Source: an uncultured Gemmatimonadales bacterium
GTDB lineage: Bacteria > Gemmatimonadota > Gemmatimonadetes > Gemmatimonadales > GWC2-71-9
Length of the DNA: 64,000 bases
Assembly: GCA_963833905.1 (NCBI GenBank)
Contig: CAWHZQ010000009.1
Location: 90,292-154,291, forward strand
Direction: 5' to 3'
Numbering within the stretch: the stretch's first letter is position 1; every line of letters begins with the position of its first letter. The notes beneath the pieces were generated by a model. It was not told the DNA's origin and searched no databases. It saw only the letters and a program-made list of their open reading frames with translations. The position numbers and the translations under genes were made by a program. Below are positions 37,960 to 47,634 of the stretch, piece after piece.

Positions 37960-38439
37960 ATGATCAGCCACAGACTGCTCGTCGCGGGCGCCGTCATCGC
38001 CGCCGTCGTCACCGCTGCCTGCACGGACACGACGGATCCGCAGCAGCTCGCACCGGAAGGCTTGTCGCTGGCCTCCGCTGCGAGAAGCGGGGCGCTCCAC
38101 GTGGAGAAGGAGTGCTCGGAGTACACCGGCCACGCCGGTGACTTCTGCACGATCACGTCGTCGAGCCTCCAGCAGATCGAGGAGGGCTCGAGGGTCATCT
38201 ACGCAAGTGATGCCGTTGGGACGTTGCTGGACACCGATGTCGTCCTGGACCTACCGGGTCCGGGCAACAATCACGCGTGGGGGCATTGCACGGTCGATCT
38301 CGTGACGTTCGACGGACGGTGCGAGTTCTCGGGAGGGACCGGGAAGTTCTCCCAGTTTCATGCCAGTGTCGCGCTCTCGTCCCTTGGAGGCCCAAACTTC
38401 GCCTGGAACGGGACGTACAGCTTCAGCCCGCGCGATTGA
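37960..38439 (+). CDS. Hypothetical Cys-containing lipoprotein
   Basis: Intact 159-aa ORF with lipobox AAVVTAAC-TD and four further Cys residues (EKECSEY, DFCTIT, GHCTVD, GRCEFSGG). Divergent from the BTAD regulator gene. Confidence 0.5.
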   Translation: MISHRLLVAGAVIAAVVTAACTDTTDPQQLAPEGLSLASAARSGALHVEKECSEYTGHAGDFCTITSSSLQQIEEGSRVIYASDAVGTLLDTDVVLDLPGPGNNHAWGHCTVDLVTFDGRCEFSGGTGKFSQFHASVALSSLGGPNFAWNGTYSFSPRD

Positions 38440-38495
38440 GCAGGAAGGTCACCGCTCGGGAGCTGAGTCAGGTCGGGCGCCCGACGGCCCGTGCA

Positions 38496-38765
38496 TCAGG
38501 CACGCGGGGCGTCCGGCGGGTTGAGCCGGGTCGGCGCGTGCTGCGCCAGCAGCCGCTCGGCGAAGTCCAGGCGCTCGTGCACCTCGCCCAGCTCCTGGCG
38601 CAGGCTTCCGAGCTCGCTCTCCAGCGCCTCGAGGCGCGCGGTGGCCTCGGGGTCCGCGGCGCCGGCGTGGCCCCCTGCCTGGGCCTTGATCTTGGCGATC
38701 TTGACGGCGCCAAACACCAGGATGGCGGCGACCGGTACGAGTGCTCCGATAGAGCCTGGGTCCAT
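38496..38765 (-). CDS. Hypothetical small membrane-anchored coiled-coil protein
   Basis: 89-aa ORF with one N-terminal hydrophobic helix (IGALVPVAAILVFGAV), then LEALESELGSLRQELGEVHERLDFAERLL. Confidence 0.35.
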   Translation of the reverse strand: MDPGSIGALVPVAAILVFGAVKIAKIKAQAGGHAGAADPEATARLEALESELGSLRQELGEVHERLDFAERLLAQHAPTRLNPPDAPRA

Positions 38766-38847
38766 GGATCCTCCATGAGACGGGACGGGGCCTGGGGAAA
38801 GCTACGGAGGACCGCGGCGGGGAACAATCTCGGGCGCCGCTCGCCGC

Positions 38848-39788
38848 CTAGGCGAATCCGAGCTCGCCGCGCGCCCTGCGCTCCAGCGGCAGCAGCGCCG
38901 CGTAGATCGTCCGGTGCAGCGGCACCGGCACGCCACTCGCCTCACCCAGCCGGACTACCGCTCCGATCTGCGCCTCCAGCTCCGACGGCCGCCCCTCGAT
39001 CACGTCCCGCTGCATCGACATCGTCCCGTCCGCCGGCAGCGAGTCCACGAACGTCAGCGTTCGCTCCACGCCGTCCGCCGGCAGCGCGATCCCCTGCGCC
39101 AGCGCCACAGCGTGAATCTCTTCCAGCGCCTGCGTCAGGAGCGCGCGCGTCTCCGGCTGGCTCCGGATGATGCCGGCCGGCGCCCGCGTGAGCGCGCCGA
39201 TGCCGCTCGTCGCCGCGATGAACAGGAATTTCTCCCACATCGCCGCCCGCACGTCCGGCGCGATCTCCGCCCGCACCCCGCGCGCCCGCGCGAATGCCGC
39301 GAGGAGTGCTTCGGCGCGCGGGCTGCCCGGCGCGTCGAGCTCGCCGAACGTGACCGATGGCGCCACGCCGGCGTGCCGGATGTGTCCCGGCCCCTCGGCC
39401 CACGCGATGATGCGGCAGAGGCCGCCCAGCACGCGGTCACGCCGAGCGCCGCCGACAGGATGTCCGGCGCCTCGATGCCGTTCTGCAGCGGCACCACGAA
39501 CGTCGCCGCGCCGAGCATCGGCTTGAGCCCCTCGGCCGCCTCCGCCACCTGCCAGGCCTTCACGGCGACCAGCACGACGTCCACCTCGCCCAGCGCGGTG
39601 GGGTCGTCGCTCGCACGCACCGGGTGCACCACGAAGTCGCCGGCGAGGCTCGTGACCCTGAGCCCGCGCTCGCGCATGGCGGCCAGGTGCGCGCCGCGGG
39701 CGACGAAGCGCACGTCCTCGCCCGCTTCCGCCAGCCGTCCGCCGAAGTAGCCGCCGACTCCGCCGCTGCCGAAGACTCCGATCCGCAT
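38848..39788 (-). CDS. panE: 2-dehydropantoate 2-reductase (ketopantoate reductase), 1 apparent frameshift
   Basis: MRIGVFGSGGVGGYFGGRLAEAG (ORF 39135-39788) and MWEKFLFIAATSGIGALTRAP...SMQRDVIEGRPSELE (ORF 38848-39432). The frame changes near 39430. Confidence 0.8.
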
Positions 39789-39941
39789 CCGTGCTCCCGT
39801 TGGAGATTCCGGGGAATGGGGAATAAGGTACCGGGAATCAGGCTCCCGGGAATGTGGCCGGGCAGCCTCGAGAGATCCAATCCGCTGCGGCCGGCGTTCC
39901 TACGCTGGCCCCACTCATTCCGCCATTTCACAGGAGCGCGC

Positions 39942-40493
39942 ATGTCTCACCGCACTACTCTCTCGGCCGCCGTGCTGCTGGCGTGTACCGTCGCCGCGGC
40001 GCCGCTCGCCGCCCAGCAGGACACGAGCATGATGCAACACGACTCGACCATGATGCAGCACGACTCGACCATGATGGACCATGGCGCGATGAGCCACGAT
40101 CGGATGATGGGTCACGACAGCGCCATGGGAATGGACAAGAGCATGGATGAGGGCGCGAACATGATGTTCATGGGCGCCGCCGGCCAGAAGGCCACCGGCG
40201 ACTACGCCATCACCGAAGCCGGCGGCAAGCAGCAGCTCACGCTGACCGACGACTTCTCGGTGGCCTCGGGCTCCGACCTCTATCTCGTGCTCGCCAACGG
40301 CGATACGCCGGACAAGGGCGCTATCTGGCTGGGCAAGCTGCAGCACGCGACGGGGGCACAGGCGTACGACCTGCCCAAGGGGAAGGACCTGAGCAAGTTC
40401 ACCAAGCTGCTGGTCTGGTCGAAGAAGGAGAAGAGGGCGGCGGCAACGGCCGACTGGCATCCGGCAGAGGGCGGAGCGATGGGCCACAGGTAA
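39942..40493 (+). CDS. Secreted Met/His-rich protein with DM13-like C-terminal domain
   Basis: Internal Met of ORF 39624-40493. Signal peptide MSHRTTLSAAVLLACTVAAAPLAAQQ, then DTSMMQHDSTMMQHDSTMMDHGAMSHDRMMGHDSAMGMDKSMDEGANMMFMG. The C-terminal ATGDYAITEAGGKQQLTLTDDFSVASGSDLYLVL...LLVWSKK resembles DM13. Confidence 0.55.
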   Translation: MSHRTTLSAAVLLACTVAAAPLAAQQDTSMMQHDSTMMQHDSTMMDHGAMSHDRMMGHDSAMGMDKSMDEGANMMFMGAAGQKATGDYAITEAGGKQQLTLTDDFSVASGSDLYLVLANGDTPDKGAIWLGKLQHATGAQAYDLPKGKDLSKFTKLLVWSKKEKRAAATADWHPAEGGAMGHR

Positions 40494-40558
40494 CCGAAGC
40501 GGGAGGGGGCGGGGCGCGGCGCAACAGGAGCCGGCCACCGCCCCTTCGGCGGTTCCTT

Positions 40559-40618
40559 AGAGCCCCGGAGGTGTACAAGAGAGCCCCGGAGGTCTACAAG
40601 GCCTGCGCCTCCGGGCTC
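40559..40618. repeat. Tandem 21-bp direct repeat plus partial inverted copy between convergent genes
   Basis: AGAGCCCCGGAGGTGTACAAG (40559-40579) and AGAGCCCCGGAGGTCTACAAG (40580-40600) differ at 1 nt. CCTCCGGGCTC (40608-40618) is the near-complement of GAGCCCCGGAGG, so a stem-loop is possible. Confidence 0.7.
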
Positions 40619-40632
40619 AAGAATCGGCTGGC

Positions 40633-41004
40633 TTAAGCCGGCTGACCCCCCGGCGGCTCGTACAGCTGCCGAAGCTCGACCTCTCCCTCCCAACCCTTCC
40701 AGTGCTCCTGGTGGAGCGCCATGAAGCGCTTGGTCCACTCGAGCGCCTCCGCCTTGGACTTCACCGCATAGACGGCGTAGCCGCCCACAACCTCCTTGGC
40801 TTCGGTGAACGGGCCGTCGGTCACTGTCAGCCGGCCCCCTGCAAGCCGGACGCGCGCGCCCATCGCGGTCGGGAGGAGGCCGCCCATCTCCACCATCACA
40901 CCCTTACTGGCGGCCTCCGCGCCGAGCTTCGCGATCGCGTCCATCAACGCCTGGGGCGGCGGGGCCGAGGTCTCGGTGCTTTTGACGATCGTCATGAATC
41001 GCAT
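40633..41004 (-). CDS. YCII-related (DGPF) domain protein
   Basis: Internal Met of ORF 40633-41469. MRFMTIVKSTE...RLTVTDGPFTEAKEVVGGYAVYAVKSKAEALEW is typical of the YCII/DGPF family. Confidence 0.75.
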   Translation of the reverse strand: MRFMTIVKSTETSAPPPQALMDAIAKLGAEAASKGVMVEMGGLLPTAMGARVRLAGGRLTVTDGPFTEAKEVVGGYAVYAVKSKAEALEWTKRFMALHQEHWKGWEGEVELRQLYEPPGGQPA

Positions 41005-41009
41005 TGTAG

Positions 41010-41462
41010 TCAGACCCTGTGGATGACGGTTGGCGTGAGCGGCCCGCGAACCGCGGGACGTGCAGCAGGGGATCCGGTGAGCTCGCCGAGGAGCGCCGCC
41101 AGCCGGCCGCGGAGCAGGAGCCCGCCCCACGCCAGCGCGCCGACGTACACCGGAAAAAGGGTGTGGCTCAGGAGCGGATCGCCGACCCGCACGTGGGTGA
41201 CGACGGCGCCGCCCAGAAAACCCGTCAGCAGAATGGCACCCGGGATGGCGGTCCGCGGGATTACGTACGCGATCAGGCAGACCAGCTCGAGCGTCCCGAT
41301 CCCGCGCGCGAGATCCACCGGAAAGCCCAGCCGGGTGAAGGCTTCCACAACCGGCGGGATGACCATCAGCTTGATCGTGGTGTCGAACAGCAGGAAAAGC
41401 ACCGCGGCCGCGCTGACAATACGTCCGGTCCAGAGCCGCTTCTTGGAAAGAGGGGAAGGCAT
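41010..41462 (-). CDS. DoxX-like integral membrane protein
   Basis: Intact 150-aa ORF with four hydrophobic helices (RIVSAAAVLFLLFD, TLELVCLIAYVIP, GAILLTGFLGGAVVTH, FPVYVGALAWGGLLL). Confidence 0.55.
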   Translation of the reverse strand: MPSPLSKKRLWTGRIVSAAAVLFLLFDTTIKLMVIPPVVEAFTRLGFPVDLARGIGTLELVCLIAYVIPRTAIPGAILLTGFLGGAVVTHVRVGDPLLSHTLFPVYVGALAWGGLLLRGRLAALLGELTGSPAARPAVRGPLTPTVIHRV

Positions 41463-41582
41463 GTGTCACCTCGTTGGGGTTGCGAGCCGGATGTCGTGGT
41501 ATACCCGGGCTCTACAACTGCGTCGAACGAACCCCGCGGAAATCGACACGGTCCCGCCCGCTCGGGGTCGGGAACCGCACCT

Positions 41583-42134
41583 TCAGCCTCCGGCCCCCAC
41601 CCGCATCCACGCCGGCCGCCGCGCCGCAACACGCTTGTAGACCGGACAGCTCTCCGCGTGCGCCCCCGGCAAGTACCCGGCGCTCATCAGGAACTCCCCG
41701 ACGATTTCCCCGCCGGTGAACCGGAACGTCCGCTTGAACAGCTTCACCCACTCCGCTTTCGGAAGCGGCTGGTGCGCGTCCAGCCAGGCGGCGAACGAGC
41801 CGTGCGTCGCCCTGAGCTCGAGGATCGTCGCCGCGTTGGCGATGGCGGCGTCCACCTTGAGCCGGTTGCGGATGATGCCCGCGTCGGCCAGAAGGCGTCG
41901 CCGGTCGCGGGCGCGGTAGGCCGCGACCACCTCGGGATCGAAGCCGCCGTAGGCGCGGCGGAAGGCGTCGCGCTTCTTGAGAATCGTGAGCCAGGAGAGG
42001 CCGGCCTGGTTGATCTCCAGCACCAGCCGCTCGAACAGGTCGGCGTCGGTCGCGAGGGGGAAGCCGTACTCCTGGTCGTGATATGGCCCGTGCCACTCGT
42101 GGCCGGGGGCGATATCGCAGTAGGTGAGCGCCAT
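41583..42134 (-). CDS. tag: DNA-3-methyladenine glycosylase I
   Basis: Intact 183-aa ORF with YHDQEYGFP, LFERLVLEINQAGLSWLTILKKRDAFRRAY and GIIRNRLKVDAAIANA, collinear with Tag. Confidence 0.9.
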   Translation of the reverse strand: MALTYCDIAPGHEWHGPYHDQEYGFPLATDADLFERLVLEINQAGLSWLTILKKRDAFRRAYGGFDPEVVAAYRARDRRRLLADAGIIRNRLKVDAAIANAATILELRATHGSFAAWLDAHQPLPKAEWVKLFKRTFRFTGGEIVGEFLMSAGYLPGAHAESCPVYKRVAARRPAWMRVGAGG

Positions 42135-42161
42135 TCGGGAGGAGAGTAGGTGGAGGACGTG

Positions 42162-42791
42162 TCAGGGTGCCGGCGGCTCGGCGCGCCGGCGGCGGTAGTA
42201 GGCGGCGGCGTTGGTGCGGTTGCCGCAGGTCCGCATGTCGCACCAGCGCCGGGTGCCGTTCTTGGTGCCGTCGAGGAAGTACAGGACGCACGCGGGATGG
42301 GCGCAGCGTCGGACCCGGCCGGGGTCCGCATGGCAGAGGAGCTCGGCCGCCGCTTCGGCGATCGGCACCAGCAGGTCCTCGGGCTCCTCCAGCCGGAGCC
42401 CGCGCTCCACCGCAAAGCCCTCACCGCCCACGGCCGGGACGATGCGGGAGGTGCCAGCTCCCCGGGCGAGCAGCTCGTTCACCATGGTCACCGTCCCGCG
42501 CGGCGCCGCCTTCCCGGCCGCCCAGGCGTCGGCCAACCGGTGGAGTGCAGTGCGGAGGTCCCGCGCCGCTTCGACCGTTTTCGTCCCTCGGCGCTGGCCG
42601 CCCCACCGGGCCAGGGCCGAGCGCGCGGAGGCGCTGTCGAGGGCGCCGGCCGCGACGAGCCAGGCTGCCAGGTCGTGCAGGCCGCCGAGCAGATCGCGCG
42701 GCACGCCCTCTACGGCGAGTGCCGTATTCACGAAGTCGAGCGCGCGGTGGTTGCCCACAAAGACGAAGGGGAACGGGTCGGCGGTGGCCAT
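42162..42791 (-). CDS. CGNR zinc-finger (ABATE-domain) protein
   Basis: Internal Met of ORF 42162-42836. FVGNHRALDFVNT at the N-terminus and C-terminal RRCAHPACVLYFLDGTKNGTRRWCDMRTCGNRTNAAAYYRR. Confidence 0.8.
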   Translation of the reverse strand: MATADPFPFVFVGNHRALDFVNTALAVEGVPRDLLGGLHDLAAWLVAAGALDSASARSALARWGGQRRGTKTVEAARDLRTALHRLADAWAAGKAAPRGTVTMVNELLARGAGTSRIVPAVGGEGFAVERGLRLEEPEDLLVPIAEAAAELLCHADPGRVRRCAHPACVLYFLDGTKNGTRRWCDMRTCGNRTNAAAYYRRRRAEPPAP

Positions 42792-42928
42792 GGGGCGGAG
42801 TATAAGCGGCAAAAGCTCGGTTGACAAATGAGGCACGGGAACTTATCACTAGTAAAGTCTATTTTAGACACTGATAGTGCCGACCCGCCCGGTCGGCCGT
42901 TCTCGTCCCGCCTCATCAGGAGATACCC

Positions 42929-43381
42929 ATGCCCGCTCCCGCGATCGCTCCCGGCCACGTCGGCCTTTCCGTCACCGACCTCGACCGCTCGCTCGCGTTC
43001 TACCAGGATGTTCTCGGCCTCGAGCTCATCCAGGCCGCGGACCACGAGGGGCAGCGATTCGCGTTCCTCGGCGCCGGTGGCCAGCTGTTCCTGACGTTCT
43101 GGCAGCAGAGCCGGGACGCGTTCGAGCCGCGGCATTCCGGGCTCCACCACCTGGCGCTCCAGCTCCCGACGCTCGACGCCGTGCAGGCGGTCGAGGCGAA
43201 GCTCCGCGCGCGGGGCATCACCCCCCGCTACGACGGCGTCGTACCGCATCGGGAAGGCGCCGACTCGGCGGCGCTCTACTTCGCCGATCCCGACGGGATC
43301 CGGCTCGAGGTGTACAGTCCGACCGGCGCCACCGGCCTGGCGGCACCCGTGGCCGGCGCGCCGTCGTGCGGGTTCTTCTGA
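42929..43381 (+). CDS. Glyoxalase/VOC-family protein
   Basis: Intact 150-aa ORF with GHVGLSVTDLDRSLAFYQDVLGLEL, HHLALQL and LYFADPDGIRLEVY. Confidence 0.8.
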   Translation: MPAPAIAPGHVGLSVTDLDRSLAFYQDVLGLELIQAADHEGQRFAFLGAGGQLFLTFWQQSRDAFEPRHSGLHHLALQLPTLDAVQAVEAKLRARGITPRYDGVVPHREGADSAALYFADPDGIRLEVYSPTGATGLAAPVAGAPSCGFF

Positions 43382-44244
43382 TGGCCACCTACCACGAGGG
43401 CGAGCTCGAGGTGCAGCGACGGGCCGGCGTGGCACTCAACGCGGAGCGGATCGGGCGGGGCATTCACGCGACGATCCCTCCCCTGGCCCGGCAGTTCGCG
43501 CTGGAGCGCCCGTTCGTCGTGGTCGGCGCGGGCGACGCCGATGGGCGCGTGTGGGCGAGCCTGCTCCGGGGCGCGCCTGGATTCCTGACGGTGCCGGCGG
43601 AGGATCGCCTGCACATCGCCGCGCGGCTCGACGACGACGACCCGCTGGCGGAGGCGCTCGCCGGCGGGGCGGACGTCGGTCTCCTGCTGATCGACCCGGC
43701 CACCCGGAGGCGCATGCGGGTGAACGGCCGTGCGCGGCCCGACGGCGCGGCGGGGCTGGAGATCACGACACGCGAGGTGTACGCGAACTGCCCGAAGTAC
43801 ATCCAGCCGCGTGAGGTCGCGCTTCCTGCGGCCGTTACCCCGCTGATGCGGCTCGGCTCGAGCCTGGACGCCGGTCAGATGCGCCGGGTGGCCGCCGCCG
43901 ACACGCTCTTCCTGGCGAGCCGCCACGCGATCTCCGGCGCGGACGTGTCGCATCGCGGCGGGCCGCGAGGATTCGTCCACGTGACGGCGCCCGACCGGCT
44001 CGTGATCCCGGACTACTCGGGCAACATGATGTTCAACACGCTCGGCAACCTCGCCGCCGATCCGCGCGCGGGCCTGCTGCTCGTGGACTTCGAGCACGGT
44101 GGCACGCTGCAGCTCAGCGGGCGGGCGCGGATCGAATGGGATCCGTCCGCGGTCGCGGCCTACGAGGGCGCGGAGCGGCTGGTCGAGCTGACGGTGGAAG
44201 CGGTGGCGGAGCGGGAGGGGGCCGCGACGGTCATTCGTCCCTGA
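43381..44244 (+). CDS. Pyridoxamine-5'-phosphate-oxidase-related FMN-binding protein
   Basis: Internal Met of ORF 42877-44244 (TGATG overlap with the VOC gene). MATYHEGELEVQRRAG, RRRMRVNGRA, EVYANCPKYIQ and DYSGNMMFNTLGNL. Confidence 0.65.
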   Translation: MATYHEGELEVQRRAGVALNAERIGRGIHATIPPLARQFALERPFVVVGAGDADGRVWASLLRGAPGFLTVPAEDRLHIAARLDDDDPLAEALAGGADVGLLLIDPATRRRMRVNGRARPDGAAGLEITTREVYANCPKYIQPREVALPAAVTPLMRLGSSLDAGQMRRVAAADTLFLASRHAISGADVSHRGGPRGFVHVTAPDRLVIPDYSGNMMFNTLGNLAADPRAGLLLVDFEHGGTLQLSGRARIEWDPSAVAAYEGAERLVELTVEAVAEREGAATVIRP

Positions 44245-44929
44245 GCCGGTAGCCGATGCCCGGCTCGGTGAGCAGCAGCCGGGGCCGGGCCGGGTCGGCT
44301 TCGATCTTCTGCCGGAGCTGCGCCAGGTAGACCCGGACGTAGTGCGCCTGATTCAGGTAGTTGATGCCCCACACTTCCTTGAGCAGCTGCCGGTGGGTGA
44401 GCACCTTGCCCGCGTTCCGGACCATCACGGCGAGCAACTTGTACTCGGTCGGTGTGAGATGCACTTCCTCGCCCGCCCGCCAGACGCGCCGCGCGGGGAG
44501 GTCCACCTTGAGGTCGCCCGATTCGAAGATCGGCTCCGGCGCCGCGCCCGGCGGCATGGCCGCATGGCGCAACGCCACGCGGATCCGCGCCAGCAGTTCC
44601 TCCACGCCGAACGGCTTGGTGAGATAGTCGTCGGCGCCGAGGTCGAGCGCCGCGACCTTGTCCCGCTCGCGGCCGCGTGCCGAGAGGACGATGATCGGGG
44701 TGGCGCTCCACTCGCGGAGCTCCTTCGCCACCTCGAGGCCATCGCGGTCGGGCAGGCCGAGGTCGAGCAGGATGACGTCCGGGTTTCGCGCGGCGGCATG
44801 GGCGAGGCCCTCCTTCGCCGTCCCCGCCTCCACGAGCCGGTAGTCGTTGGATTCGAGGGCAGTCCGCAGAAAGCGCCGCATCTGCGGCTCGTCCTCGATC
44901 AGGAGGACGAGGGGGGCGGTGCCGTCCAT
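44231..44929 (-). CDS. kdpE: KdpE, OmpR-family response regulator
   Basis: Internal Met of ORF 44231-46426. LVLLIEDEPQMRRFL, DVILLDLGLPDRDG and a winged-helix C-terminus LTPTEYKLLAVMVRNAGKVLTHRQLL...GIGYRL. Confidence 0.9.
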   Translation of the reverse strand: MDGTAPLVLLIEDEPQMRRFLRTALESNDYRLVEAGTAKEGLAHAAARNPDVILLDLGLPDRDGLEVAKELREWSATPIIVLSARGRERDKVAALDLGADDYLTKPFGVEELLARIRVALRHAAMPPGAAPEPIFESGDLKVDLPARRVWRAGEEVHLTPTEYKLLAVMVRNAGKVLTHRQLLKEVWGINYLNQAHYVRVYLAQLRQKIEADPARPRLLLTEPGIGYRLRDE

Positions 44930-47621
44930 CCGGCCTCCTCGGTGACGAGCTGGGGCGGAGTGCCGGAGATCGGCAGCGCCACGCGGAACACGGCGCCGCC
45001 GCCCAGGCGCCGCTCGGCCCAGATCCGCCCGCCGTGCGCGGTCACGATGCCGCGGCAGATCGTGAGGCCCAGGCCGATCCCGCCCCTGCCGGTGCCGCCG
45101 CGATAGAACTTGTGAAAGACTGTTTCCTCTTCCCCGGGAGCCAGGCCAGGCCCGCGGTCCGCGACGTACGCCACGACCTCCCCCGGATGCGCCTCGGCGC
45201 CGACCTCGATCGGGCGTGCCGGGAGGCGTGTGCTTGGCGGCGTTCTCGAACAGGTTCACGAAGACCTGCTCCAGGAGAATCTCGTCCATCGGCACCAGCG
45301 GCAAGTCGGCCGGGAAATGCGTCGTGACCGGATGGTCTCGGAGCGACTCTTCCGTGCGCAGCAACGCCACGCCGATGGCCTCGGGCAGGAGCTGCCATTC
45401 CTTCTGCACCTGGAGCGAGCCGGCCTCGACCCGAATCATGTCGAGCAGGTTCGCGACCAGCCGCCCCATGCGATGCGATTCCTGGACGATCGTGGTCGCG
45501 AGCTCGCGCCGGGCGGCGGGATCGGGCTCGGTGTCCTGCAGCAGTGTGCTCGCCGCGCCCTCGATGGAGGCGAGCGGCGTCCGCATGTCGTGAGAGAGCG
45601 AGCTCAGAAGCGCCGTCCGGAGCCGCTCCGCCTCGACCTCGACCTCAGACTCCCGGCTCCGCTCGGCCAGCGCGAGACGCTCGAACGCAACCGCCGTCTG
45701 CCCGGCCAGCGACTCGAGCAGGCGGCGCCTGGCGGGATCGCGAAAGTCGGCCTCGCCGGCGAGCGGCAGCCCCAGGATTCCTATCGTCCGCCCCGACGAC
45801 GCGAGCGGCAGGTAGAGCGCGCGCGCGGCCGGCAGCGTCGTGGTCCCGCGTCCCGCCGCCTGGTCGTGGTCGAAGCTCCATTGTGCCACGGCCCGCTCGC
45901 GCTCGTCGAGCGGATACGGGGGCTCCCCGACCGGGGCCACCGCGTCCGCCTCGCCCGGGAGCAGGACGGCCGCGTCGAGGGCGAAGGTGTCACGCAGGCT
46001 TCGAAGCGCCGCGGTGACTACCGCGTCCCGGTCCCGTGCCGTCGCGAGCTCGCGGCTCAACCCGTACAGCGCCGAGGTGCGCTGCTCACGCTCGCGCGCC
46101 GCCTCGGCCTGGCTCCGGATGCGGCCGGTCAGGTTGCCCATCACGAGCGCCACCACCAGCATGACGCCGAACGTGAGCACGTACCGTACGTCGGCCACCG
46201 AGAAGGTGTAGAACGGGTGCACGAAGAAGAAGTCGAACGAAGCGATGCCCACGAGCGACGCCACGAGCGAGGGGCCGCGGCGGAAGCGCGAGGCGGCCAC
46301 CACGACGGCCAGGAGGTAGAGCATGGCGGCGTCGATCGGCGGAACCAACACGCCGGTATTCCGGACGAGCATGCCGACGATGGTCGGGACGACGACGATG
46401 GCCACCGCGGCCAGGTACTCGCCCACCGATGAGGGACGAGGGTCCGGCGTCGCGGTCGGGCGCGGCTGTCCCTCATCTTCCTCCGCGCCGGTGATCGCGA
46501 GAATCTCGATGCCCCCGCTGCCGCGGACGAGCGCGTCGAGCAGCGCGCCCCCGAACGAGCTCCTTCCAGCGCGGGCGCCGGGTCTTGCCGGTGACGATGC
46601 GGTTGACGTTGTGCTCCCGCGCGTACGCCAGGATTTCCTCGGCGACGCTCTGTCCGCTCAGCGTGACAGCTCGTCCGCCGAGCTGCTCGGCGAGCTCGAG
46701 CGCCCGCAGAATGTCCTCACGCTCCTGGGGGTTGAGCCGCTGGTCCCGGGGCGACTCCACGTGTACTGCGAACCACTCGGCGTGCGCCCGCGCGGCCATG
46801 CGCCGCGTCGCCCGGACGAGGCGGCCGGCTCGAGGGCTCGGTCCGATGCACACCAGCAGCCGCTCGCCCGTCGCCCAGGTCTCGCGGATTCCCTGCTCGG
46901 CCATGTAGCCGCGCATCTGCGCGTCCACCCGCTCGGCCGTGCGGCGAAGCGCCAGCTCGCGCAGTGCGATCAGGTTGCCCTTCCGGAAGAAGCGCTCGAT
47001 CGCGCGGCCCGCCTGCTCGGGGAGGTAGACTTTCCCCTCGCGGAGCCGCTGCTGCAGGATGTCGGGCGAGACGTCCACCAGCTCGACCTCGTCGGCCCGC
47101 TCGATCACGGCGTCCGGAATCGTCTCTCGCACCTTCACGCCCGTGATCGACGCGACGACGTCGTTCAGGCTCTCGATGTGCTGGATGTTGATGGCGGTAT
47201 AGACGTTGATGCCGGCGGCGAGCAGCTCCTCGACGTCCTGCCAGCGCTTGGCGTGGCGGGAGCCGGGGGCGTTGGAATGCGCCAGCTCGTCGACCAGCAA
47301 CAGTGCGGGATGGCGGGCGAGGGCGCCGTCGAGGTCGAACTCCTCGAGGACCGTGCCGCGATAGTCGAGCGACGTCCGGGGCAGGACCTCCAGGCCCTCG
47401 AGCAGGCGAGCCGTTTCCGCGCGTCCATGGGTCTCGACTACCCCGACCGCGACATCGAGACCTTCCGCGCGCTGGGCGCGGGCAGCCTCGAGCATCGTGA
47501 AGGTCTTCCCCACGCCGGGGGAGGCGCCGAGGAAGACCTTGAGCTGGCCGCGCCGGGCCCGGGCCGAGGCCGCCTGGACGCGGGCGAGCAACGCGTCCGG
47601 ATCGGGTCGCCTGGCGGTCAT
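44899..47621 (-). CDS. kdpD: KdpD sensor histidine kinase, 2 apparent frameshifts
   Basis: KdpD N-terminal domain GQLKVFLGASPGVGKTFTML (46473-47621), membrane, GAF and HisKA parts with SHDMRTPL (44231-46426 frame), and the ATPase domain ADRGPGLAPGEEETVFHKFYRG...GIGLGLTICRGIV (44899-45174). Confidence 0.85.
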
Positions 47622-47634
47622 CGGGCGAGTCGCG

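Noticed and set aside
38472-38485. Perfect 14-nt palindrome GTCGGGCGCCCGAC between convergent genes, considered as a terminator.
   Set aside because: The loop is only 2 nt and there is no U-tract on either strand. That is not enough to call a terminator.
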